Assembly: GCA_035686585.1 (NCBI GenBank)
Contig: DASRZG010000048.1
Coordinates: 1-36,410, forward strand
Length of the DNA stretch: 36,410 bases
DNA from: Phycisphaerae bacterium
Lineage (GTDB): Bacteria > Planctomycetota > Phycisphaerae > SM23-33
Reading direction: 5' to 3'
Shown here: piece by piece, positions 1-8,200 of the stretch
Layout of the letters: each line of letters begins with the position of its first letter
How positions within the stretch are numbered: the first letter of the stretch is position 1
Notes under the pieces: generated by a model
What the model saw: only the letters and a program-made list of their open reading frames with translations
Told to the model about the DNA's origin: nothing
Database searches by the model: none
Program-made: the position numbers and the translations under genes

Positions 1-1230
1 GCTGGAAAGGCACCCGTCGGCGTTGGTGTACAGCACGCCGTGGAGCTCGACCGGCCCGGTGCCCAGCGCGCCGGCGCTGTGCAGGTGCAGGCGGGCGCCG
101 TTGGCGACGTAGGCCCCGCCGGCGAAGGAGTTGGCCGCCAGCAGGTCCAATCGGCCCTTCTCGACGCGGAGGCGGCCGGGGCCGGCGATCTGCCCGTAGA
201 AATCCTGCGCCCCGGTGAAGTCGGAGGCGAAGGTGAAGGTGTCCGTGACCGTCAGCGTCCCGCCGGTCCACTCGAAGTCCTGGGTGCCATCGACGCGGAC
301 GTTGGCGATGGTGGGATTGCTGTCCAGCGTCACCACGTCGGTGCCGCCGGAGCCGGTCCGGAACAGGGCCGTGCCGTCGGGCGCGGGCCCGGTCGGCGGC
401 AGCCAGTTGGCCGGTACGCTCCAGTTGCCCGTTCCGCCCTGCCACAGGTACTCCAGCGGGGCGTTGGAGAAGCGGACGGACAGCCTGGCGGGCCCGCGGG
501 CCGCGTTGGTCTCCTCGTGGAAGTACATCTCCCAGTTGGCGGTGGGGCCGTTGGCGCCGTTGGTCAGGAACAGCCCGCGGTTGTTCGGGTTGGTCAGCAG
601 ATCCTGCGTCAGGGCGTAGTCCAGCTCGACGGAGACGTACTGATCGCCGTCGGCCACCGACAGCTCCAGGGGCGCCGCGTTGATGAAGTCGGGCACCAGG
701 TCGTAGAAATCCGTCACCGCCGCCCCGTCGGTGGTCCTCGTCCACGGGATGCTGTTGGCGACGTCGGGCTGGAGGGTCCCGCTCCAGGCCGTCTGGGCGT
801 ACAGGAACGTGCCCGCCAGCGTGCCCTCGGTCCAGTTGAAGTTGGACTGGACGGTGGCGTCGCCCTCGGCCCAGTCGGTGATCGAGCTGAGGGTGTTGAC
901 CTGAACGATGTTGTCCCCGCTGATCGCACCCGTCGGCATGACCGACAGCTCAAAGACGGGGTAGTAGCCGGCCGGGGCGGCCTGCAGATCGATCCAGTCC
1001 TGGATCACCTGCATATCCCAGTCGAACAGGGCGCTGTTCTCGTTCCACTTGGCCCCCCGCCCGTACAGCCTGGCGCCGCCGTTCCAGTACTGCTCGAGGT
1101 AAAAGCCGTTCACATACGTGTCCCTGTCGCAGTCGAACTCCGCGGTGGCGTTCTCGTCGGCCCGAGCGACGGGCGGGACGACCAACGCGCTGGCGAAAAG
1201 CCCCAGCGCAAGGATTCCGATGGTCCTCAT
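1..1230 (-). CDS. secreted repeat protein, 3'-truncated by the window edge (signal peptide; possibly a DNRLRE/CBM96-like N-domain; autotransporter-associated beta-strand-type repeats)
   Basis: This ORF is not in the supplied track because it has no stop inside the window. Hand translation of the reverse complement from ATG 1230..1228 is stop-free down to base 1 (410 codons). It reads MRTIGILALGLFASALVVPPVARA/DENATAEFDCDRDTYVNGFYLEQYWNGG..., which is a signal peptide with an AxA site. Later it reads LWQGGTGNWSVPANW...GPGRLRVEKGRLDLLAANSFAGGAYVANGARLHLHSAGALGTGPVELHG, which looks like the autotransporter-associated beta-strand repeat. Third positions are G/C-rich, as in neighbouring genes. Confidence 0.6.
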   Translation of the reverse strand, partial: MRTIGILALGLFASALVVPPVARADENATAEFDCDRDTYVNGFYLEQYWNGGARLYGRGAKWNENSALFDWDMQVIQDWIDLQAAPAGYYPVFELSVMPTGAISGDNIVQVNTLSSITDWAEGDATVQSNFNWTEGTLAGTFLYAQTAWSGTLQPDVANSIPWTRTTDGAAVTDFYDLVPDFINAAPLELSVADGDQYVSVELDYALTQDLLTNPNNRGLFLTNGANGPTANWEMYFHEETNAARGPARLSVRFSNAPLEYLWQGGTGNWSVPANWLPPTGPAPDGTALFRTGSGGTDVVTLDSNPTIANVRVDGTQDFEWTGGTLTVTDTFTFASDFTGAQDFYGQIAGPGRLRVEKGRLDLLAANSFAGGAYVANGARLHLHSAGALGTGPVELHGVLYTNADGCLSS

Positions 1231-1325
1231 CTTGCTCTCCTTCCCTTTGGCTCCATCTGTGAAGAGATGATCGGTGGGCCCGTTCCCGGCCGCGAAGCAG
1301 GTCGAATGGGCCCCGGATAAGGCAC

Positions 1326-1346
1326 AGAGGCGACCGCGCCGCCTCT
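1326..1346 (-). terminator. short GC hairpin downstream of the GH4 gene (possible terminator)
   Basis: agaggcg (1326-1332) pairs with cgcctct (1340-1346), giving a 7-bp stem and 7-nt loop. It lies between the GH4 stop (1403) and the next gene's start (1230). There is no convincing U-tract on the minus strand. Confidence 0.25.
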
Positions 1347-1402
1347 ATTCTATCCCGGAGTCCCTTTCCGTCAAGTCAGATCAACAGCGTAAGGCGGGCG
1401 GC

Positions 1403-2701
1403 TCAGCCCATCCACGCCAGCAGGTCTTTCTGGGCGTCCCACATTTCGTCGAACATGCGGCGGATCTTGTCGAGGGGCAGCACCGACGCGGTCAGCGGAT
1501 CGAGGGCGACGGCGTGGAAGGCGGCCTCGCGGTCCCTGTCCAGGGCCGCCCGGACGGCCAGCTCCTGCACGGAGACGTTGGAGCGGTTCAGCGCGGCGCA
1601 CTGGGCGGGCAGCTCGCCGACGTGGCAGGGATGGACCCCGGCCGCGTCGATCAGGCAGGGCACCTCCGCGCAGCACCCCTCGGGCAGGTTGGTGATCAGG
1701 CCGTGGTTCATCACGTTGCCGTGGATCCGCGCCGGGACGTTGGTGACCACGGCCTCGATGATGGCGGAGGTGTACTCGTTGGACCGGACCAGCGCGGGCA
1801 CCTCCGGATCGGCCTCGGCGTTGCCGGCGTCACGGGCCCAGGCCCGCCGGCGGGGCTCGGTGGCGGACACCTCGCGCGTGGGTAGGCCGAACTGCTCGCG
1901 CAGCTCGGGCGTGCGGCGGAAATAGGGCAGGTACTCCGAGTTGTGCCGCGTGCTCTCGGTGACGAAGTAGCCGAATTGCCTCATCATCTCGTACCGGACG
2001 GACTCCTTGCGGCGGAGCTCCTCGTCGGCTTCGAACGCCTTCCGGAGGAGCGGGTAGGCGTCCTCGCCGTCGCGGCGGAAGGCCAGCACCCACGCCTGGT
2101 GGTTGATCCCGGCCACGTGGTAGGTGATCTCGCCCGGCTCCAGCCCGGCCCAGCGCGCCATCTGGGCGGTGGTGCCCTGGACGGAATGGCACAGGCCGAC
2201 GTTGCGGACGGAGGAGGCGGCGTGGTGCAGCCAAGTCAGCATGGCCATGGGGTTGGTGTGGTTGAGCATCAGGGCGTCGGGGCAGAGGCGCTCGATGTCG
2301 CGGCAGAACTCCAACTGCACCGGCGCGGTCCGCAGGAAGCGGAACACCCCGCCCGGGCCGATCGTGTCGCCGACGGACTGGTCCACGCCGTAGGAGGCGG
2401 GGATGCGGATGTCGTACTCGTAGGGCTTGCCCCAATAGGCCGCCCCGCCGACCGACACGCTCGTCACGACGAAATCGGCGTCAACGAGCATCTCCGCCCG
2501 GTCGGTCGAGGCCACCAGCTTCGCCGGCAGGTTGTGGGCGTCCATGACGCGCTGGACGTACCGCGCCACGTCCTCAAGCCGCCCGGGGTCGATGTCGCAC
2601 AGGGCGATGGTCGAGTCCGCAAGCGGCTCGCGGCTGAGCACGTCGAGGGAAAGCCGGCTCCCGAACCCGCTGCCGGCGCCGATGATCACGATCTTGGCCA
2701 T
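1403..2701 (-). CDS. glycoside hydrolase family 4 (NAD+/Mn2+-dependent alpha-galactosidase/alpha-glucosidase type)
   Basis: The N-terminal Rossmann motif MAKIVIIGAGSGFGSRL and the GH4-type NVGLCHSVQG motif are both present. I prefer ATG 2701 (GGAG 8 nt upstream) over the track's TTG at 2719. Confidence 0.85.
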   Translation of the reverse strand: MAKIVIIGAGSGFGSRLSLDVLSREPLADSTIALCDIDPGRLEDVARYVQRVMDAHNLPAKLVASTDRAEMLVDADFVVTSVSVGGAAYWGKPYEYDIRIPASYGVDQSVGDTIGPGGVFRFLRTAPVQLEFCRDIERLCPDALMLNHTNPMAMLTWLHHAASSVRNVGLCHSVQGTTAQMARWAGLEPGEITYHVAGINHQAWVLAFRRDGEDAYPLLRKAFEADEELRRKESVRYEMMRQFGYFVTESTRHNSEYLPYFRRTPELREQFGLPTREVSATEPRRRAWARDAGNAEADPEVPALVRSNEYTSAIIEAVVTNVPARIHGNVMNHGLITNLPEGCCAEVPCLIDAAGVHPCHVGELPAQCAALNRSNVSVQELAVRAALDRDREAAFHAVALDPLTASVLPLDKIRRMFDEMWDAQKDLLAWMG

Positions 2702-2800
2702 GGGGGCGACTCCGAACAAGGCATCACGGCTTCATTGAACCATCTCGCCGGCGGCGCGCCCAGGGGGAACCCCGACGCCGTCTGTCCACCCCCGCCGCGG

Positions 2801-4207
2801 CTACCGCCCGATGCACCAGAGATGCTTCATGCCGCGGACGTACATCCGCCTGCCGACGAAAACGGGGCACGCGCGAAACTCTTCCAGCTTGTTGACGGCA
2901 AGCTGGCGGTACTCCCTGCCCGCCGCCAGCACCACCGTCGTGCCCAGCCGGTGGCTGACGTATACGTTCCCGCCCGCCAGCGTGACGCTGGCAAAGACCT
3001 GATCCTCGTCCTTGGGGTCGCCGCCCATCTCCAGCTTCTTCTCGTAGACGACCGTCCCGTCGGCGGCGTCCAGGACGCTCAGGACGCACCGGCGGGTGAC
3101 GGCGTAGATCAGCCCGTCGTGGATCAGCGGCGAGGCGTAGTAGCGGTCCTTGCGGATCGGCTTGCGCCAGAGGACCCTGGGGGCGAGCTCCTCGCCTCCC
3201 TCCTCCGGCAGTTGGATCGCGATGCAGTCGCTATCGCCGGCCCCGACGCTGTAGACCACCCGGCCCTCGGCCACCGGGGCGGCGAACTCGTGGTGGAACA
3301 TCTCGCGCGCCAGCGTCCTGCCGTCGGCGACCCGGATCGCGTCGCCGCCCGGGGAGACGAGCACGGCCGTCCCGCCGACGTTCACGGAAATGGGCGAGCC
3401 GAAGATGTCGTGCCACCGGGACTTCGTTCGCCACAGCTCCCGGCCGGTGGCGGCGTCCAGCCCCGTGGCGTCGACCACGTGCACGATCAGCTTGCCGTCG
3501 GCCAGCAGGGGCGAGTTGCTGTGGCCCGCCCAATCGTGGCGGGGCTTGTCGGTCATCGCGATCCACTTGCGGTTGCCGTCGAGGTCGTAGCAGGCCGTGG
3601 TGCCCAGGCCGGTGTGGACGTAGACGAACCTGCCGTCGCTGACCGGCGTGGGAGTGGAATAGCCCGTCAGCGCGCTGGCTTTGGGCGGGGCGTACTTCGT
3701 CAGCGGCTCCAGCTCCTCGGCCAGCGCGGCTGCCTCCTTCTTCAGGCGGTCGGCCTTGGCCTTGACGGCCGGGTCGTCCGGGGCCTTCTTCCACTCCCGG
3801 TCCGCCTCCGCGGACGCCTTGCGCGCGGCGTTGTATCTCTGCCGGATGGGCTTGGCCCTGGCCAGGTCCTCCTTGACCTTCGCGGCCTCCTCGGGCGAGA
3901 GGTACTGCTCGTAGCCGTTGGGCCTGCGCCACATGACCTCGCCGTCGGAGGCACGGACGCAGATCAGATCGGCCGGCTCGGAGCAGACGAAGATCCGCTC
4001 GCCCACCACGACCGGCGTGGCATTGGACCAGTCGGGCATGGGCGTCTTCCAGACGACGTTCTCCTGGGCCGACCACGTGATCGGCGGGTCGGCGTCGGGG
4101 TATCGGCCCGTCCCGTCCGTCCGCCAGCCCACGACCGGCTGGGCGTGCGCCCAGCAGGCCGCCGCCAGCACCATGCACACGGCCACCGCTGCGTTCGACC
4201 TTCCCAT
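2801..4207 (-). CDS. secreted PQQ-like (BamB-type) beta-propeller repeat protein with a charged helical insert
   Basis: The signal peptide MGRSNAAVAVCMVLAAACWAHAQ starts at ATG 4207; the track ORF starts at GTG 4246. Propeller blades recur with the pattern 'G.(I/V)(F/Y)V......L.(A/C).D..(T/D)G...W' (for example ERIFVCSEPADLICVRASDGEVMW, GRFVYVHTGLGTTACYDLDGNRKW, GKLIVHVVDATGLDAATGRELW, GLIYAVTRRCVLSVLDAADGTVVY). Confidence 0.7.
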   Translation of the reverse strand: MGRSNAAVAVCMVLAAACWAHAQPVVGWRTDGTGRYPDADPPITWSAQENVVWKTPMPDWSNATPVVVGERIFVCSEPADLICVRASDGEVMWRRPNGYEQYLSPEEAAKVKEDLARAKPIRQRYNAARKASAEADREWKKAPDDPAVKAKADRLKKEAAALAEELEPLTKYAPPKASALTGYSTPTPVSDGRFVYVHTGLGTTACYDLDGNRKWIAMTDKPRHDWAGHSNSPLLADGKLIVHVVDATGLDAATGRELWRTKSRWHDIFGSPISVNVGGTAVLVSPGGDAIRVADGRTLAREMFHHEFAAPVAEGRVVYSVGAGDSDCIAIQLPEEGGEELAPRVLWRKPIRKDRYYASPLIHDGLIYAVTRRCVLSVLDAADGTVVYEKKLEMGGDPKDEDQVFASVTLAGGNVYVSHRLGTTVVLAAGREYRQLAVNKLEEFRACPVFVGRRMYVRGMKHLWCIGR

Positions 4208-4286
4208 GGCGCGCCCTCTGTCACCAAGCCGTTCCTGACCGGCCACCTTATCCGCGGCCTCGTGCAGTTCAACCCCCGACGTGCCG

Positions 4287-4583
4287 TCATGTCCCGGCCG
4301 GCCTGCGTCCCAGGAACAGCCGCGCCGTTCCGCCCGCCAGCATCTCCGCCACCGCGCCGGCGAGGGGGGGAAAATCCTCCACCGAGTCCGCCAGGTACCT
4401 CTCGTCGGCCGCCGGGGATAGCGCCGCCACCGCCGCTTCCCGCCACCGCCGATCCAACCCCAGTGATATCAGGTGGTTCAGCCGGTCGTACCGCTCGGCG
4501 ATGCGGTCGAACATCCGCCGGCTCTCGGCCGCCGGGATCAACGCGTCGTCGCCTCGACTCTGTCCGGTCCCGTCCAATCGCAT
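4287..4583 (-). pseudogene. UbiE/MenG-like methyltransferase N-terminal fragment (the methyltransferase core is absent)
   Basis: [28 protein letters not shown] matches the conserved N-terminal box of UbiE/MenG (F..VA..YD.mN...S.G.h..WR). No SAM-binding (V/I)LD.(A/G)GTG motif follows, and the ORF stops only 40-80 nt before the next gene. The ATG is at 4583; the track ORF extends to TTG 4709. Confidence 0.3.
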
Positions 4584-4855
4584 CGCCGGAAACCGCCGGG
4601 CCGCAACCGGTTCGGCCAGGCGCGGCACACCCGCGCCCCACGCCCCCACCGGGGCGGCCACTTCAAATGGGCTCACCTGCTTACGATAATATTCCAGGAG
4701 GTCAGGCAATTTCTTGAAACATTCGAAGTAGTCGTGCGTCTACATTCGCATGGTTTCCTGCCGGTTGCCGCCGTCGCGAGTACCGTCGTATGCTCTGACA
4801 CCGCGCCGCCAGGCACATCGGGGCCTGCTCCGGTTCGCCGGCGGGTGGGGCCGCG

Positions 4856-4878
4856 CGGGAAAAAGGACCTTTTTCCCG
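4856..4878. promoter_or_regulatory. 23-nt perfect palindrome in the divergent intergenic region upstream of the giant gene
   Basis: cgggaaaaagg-a-cctttttcccg was read directly from the sequence. It sits in the ~500-bp lower-GC spacer between the minus-strand UbiE-like ORF and the plus-strand giant gene. No gene ends here, so an operator is more likely than a terminator. Confidence 0.3.
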
Positions 4879-5217
4879 GTTGTTAGTTGGCCGTTCTCGG
4901 TTTACCATATAAGCTTGGCAGGGGGGAACGGAGCCGGGGACCTCGGAGGGTCCCATGCAGTAGACGGACTGCAGTTTTGTGGAGAAACGTTATCGCTCAA
5001 GCACTTACATGGCTGCACGCCGGGCCGGGGGCTGGATAGCCCTCATCCTCTCTGTAAAGGTCTTCCCTGGCAGGCACACTTGAGAAACTTCACACCGTTC
5101 GCTCGAAACTGGAATGTCGCAACGTGGAGCCTGTAACAGCCGGGCGTGAACCCGGAGATTAGCAAGGCAAGTTCAGTTGTCGCTGAAGTCAAGCTAAACC
5201 CAAGTAGGAGGGGAACA

Positions 5218-8200
5218 ATGAGGTCCGACCCTAAAATGGAACACTCGACGAACATGGGCAGCACGGGGCCGCTGTTCGAATCGCTCGAGCAAAGGCTGAT
5301 GCTGACGACGCTGCAAGCGGGAGAGTGGTTCGTCTACAACGGGTCCCAGGACAAGTTCATCCTGGTGACCATGGCCGGCAACCCCGGCAGCAAGGCCGAA
5401 ATCCTCGCTCTGGACCACAAGACCGGGGACGTCAACCTCATGGACATATCGGGCATGATGGGCGGGCCGGGTTGGGGGCCCTCCCCCGTCTTCGGCGGCT
5501 TCAGCGGCCTGGGCAATCTGGACACCATTATCGGCTCCCCGCCGTACCTGGACCAGCAGATCGTTCTGGGTCTGGCGCGCCGCCCGGCCCAGCTGCCGGC
5601 CCAGGAACTGTACTCCTTCGACAACTTCCTGCACCAGCTGTGGGTGGTCGATGCGCTGAACGGCACGCGGGTGCCGGGGTCGAACAGGCTCATCACGGAC
5701 AGCCTCCAGCCATTCTACGGCTACACCATCGACGCGATGACGGTCAATGCGGCCGGCACCATCGTGGCGGCGGGCTTCCTGGTGGACCTGGACCCCATGA
5801 ATCTCCCTCCGCCGCCCGCGGTGGCCGGCCAGTACCTGATCAACATCGACTACGCCACGGGCATGGGCACGATCGTCGACCCGACGGCGCCTCTGGCCGT
5901 GCCCGGCGGGACCGGGCGCGTCACCGACATGGCCTACAGCGGCGGGCAGCTCTACGGCATCGACGGGGCCAACATCTTCACCATCACCGACACCACCGGC
6001 CAGATCGGGCCGCCGCAGACGCTGGTGGACGTGACCAACAACAACGCCCCCATCACCGGCGCCACCGGCCTGGAGTTCTTCAACGGGGCCCTGTACATCT
6101 GCGACGCCAACACGGTGTACACGGTCAATCCCGGCAACGGCAACTGCACGCCGCTGAACGGGAACCTCAGCCAACAGGACATGACCGACCTGGCCAGCGA
6201 CGGGACGGACCTCTACGGCGTGTTCAGCTCTAACGCCACGTCCATCCTGGCGCGGATCGAGACAAACCCGCCCGCCAACGTGGACCCCTTCGCCATCTAC
6301 ATCTCCCAAGCGGACATGACCACCAAGCTGACGTTCACCGAGGTGGGGCGCGTGACGATCAACCAGGTGGTCACGCCGGCGATCCCGCAAATGGTGCCGG
6401 TGGGCCAGGTGGACATCCAGTTGTACCAGGCGTCCCAGCCCCCGTTTATCAGCACCGGGGGTGCCCGGGCCCCGGCCGGCTCCGGCGGCGTGCTGATCGG
6501 CGGGCTTCACATACCCACCCAGGGCCTGCCCAACCGCCACGTGGCGACGGCCATCACCGGCCCGTATGGGGTGGCTACCCCGTTCACGCCGATCGGCGAG
6601 TTCCCGGGCGGCGTGCTTCACGCCGGCATCACGGTCGCCTGCCCCATGGCCACCATTATCGACGGCGACCTGGGACAGAGCGTCTCCGCCCTCGCCGCCG
6701 ACTCGGCGGGGACGTTCTACGCCGTGGACAACACCACCGGCAACCTGATCCAGATTCAGTACACCCCGGAGGTGCCCGCGTCCATCGGCTGGCCGGGCGA
6801 CCCGATGATCCCCCCAATCCCCAGCGCGCCCTGGTCGCCGGACGGCGGGGCCCCGACGATCACCGCCATGGGCGTGCTGACCGACGCCTCCCAGCCGGCA
6901 TGGACGTATGTGAACATCCAGGCGCTGGAGTTCGACGACACGGACACGCTGTACGCGATCGGCATGGTCGTCAGCTCCAACCCGGCCATTCCCGCGCCCA
7001 CCGGTCTGTGGCTGGTGACCATCGACCCGACCACGGGGCTGGTCACGCCGCTGGCCGAACTGGACCCGGAGGTCTCCAAGTACCACGGGATGGTCATCGA
7101 CGCCGGCGGAACCTTCACCGCCATCGGCACCTGGGTGGATCCGGTCACGGCCAAGCCCACCGACAACACGCTGGTGGGGATCGACCCGGTCACCGGGACG
7201 CTCACGCAGATCGGCGAGGTCACCTTCCAAGGCGCGTCCCTGGACCTGATCGAGGGCCTGGAGTACTTCGGCGCGAACCTCTACGCCACGACCGGAACCA
7301 TGCTGTACGTCCTCAGCGGGACCGCCGCCATCCCGTTGGCCGAAACCGGCCTGGACGAGCTGTCGGACCTGGCCGCCACCAGCGTCCTGGGCCCCCAGGG
7401 GCGCTTCCTGTGGTCGGTGACGTATGACGAGGGGTACAACCTGGTCAAGCTGGACCTGCTCCGGCCCGCGCAGGACATGGGCAAGCTGGCGGTGGCGGGG
7501 GTGATCGCCGGCGGCGTCCACGGCAGCGGCAGCATCGACGTCATCGAGACGGGCCTGCTCTGGGGCAACGTGGAGATCCCCTACGACCTGGGGCGCCTGG
7601 TCCTCCACACCGACTTCGCCGCCGGTACCGGGGTCCGCCCCGACAACGCCCTGGTGCGGGTCAACGGCACGCTCGGGGAGCTGGACGTCTACGGCAACTC
7701 GTACGGCAGCGTCTCGGTCGGAGGCAAAGCCAACATCCCCCACTCCGACTCGCACCTGTCGGACCTCAACGTGCCGGTCCCGAGGGACCCCCTCATATCC
7801 CTCGTCGACGTTCCCATCTGGTGGCCGGTTCGCGAGCTGGAGTGGAAACCCCCGGACACCGACCCGCTGCCCGAGACCCAGTGGACCGACTACGCCAACC
7901 TGATGACGGTCGTCAACGACACGCCGGACGACTTCCAGTTCATCTCCAACGAGTTCGGCGAGATCGCCGTCTGGGGCGACCTGGCCGGCCCGGGCAACCA
8001 CAACGACGTCGAGGACTGGTGGGCCATCAGCCTGATGTCCGGGCAGACCGTCCGGATCGACGCCGTCGGCGCGTTAGGCGTCTGGACCGATCCGATCACC
8101 GGGATCTCCGACTCCCCCGGCTGGGTCACCGACCCGCTCGACGCGGCCCCGTTCATGTACAATGGCTTCGCCCTGGATGTCTTTGACGGGACGCTCAACT

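Noticed and set aside
40-1320. 426-aa plus-strand ORF covering the left edge
   Set aside because: It is a codon-aligned antisense shadow of the real minus-strand gene (1..1230). The product is Ala/Gly/Arg/Val/Pro-rich with no motif, signal or SD, whereas the opposite strand encodes a signal peptide and recognisable repeats.
1943-4717. 924-aa plus-strand ORF spanning the GH4, PQQ-propeller and UbiE-like genes
   Set aside because: It crosses three independently recognisable minus-strand genes and their intergenic gaps. Its composition is the typical Arg/Gly/Ala/Pro shadow of a high-GC genome.
4925-4952. ECF-sigma-like promoter (GGAAC ... GTC) upstream of the giant gene
   Set aside because: The spacing between GGAAC (4925-29) and the nearest GTC (4950-52) is about 20 nt, longer than the 16-17 nt typical for ECF promoters. 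It is a chance-level match in GC-rich DNA.
5146-5217. Upstream extension of the giant ORF (MNPEISKASSVVAEVKLNPSRRGT)
   Set aside because: This region has lower GC and no SD. The ATG at 5218 has AGGAGG 6 nt upstream. I kept 5218 as the start, though 5146 cannot be excluded without data.
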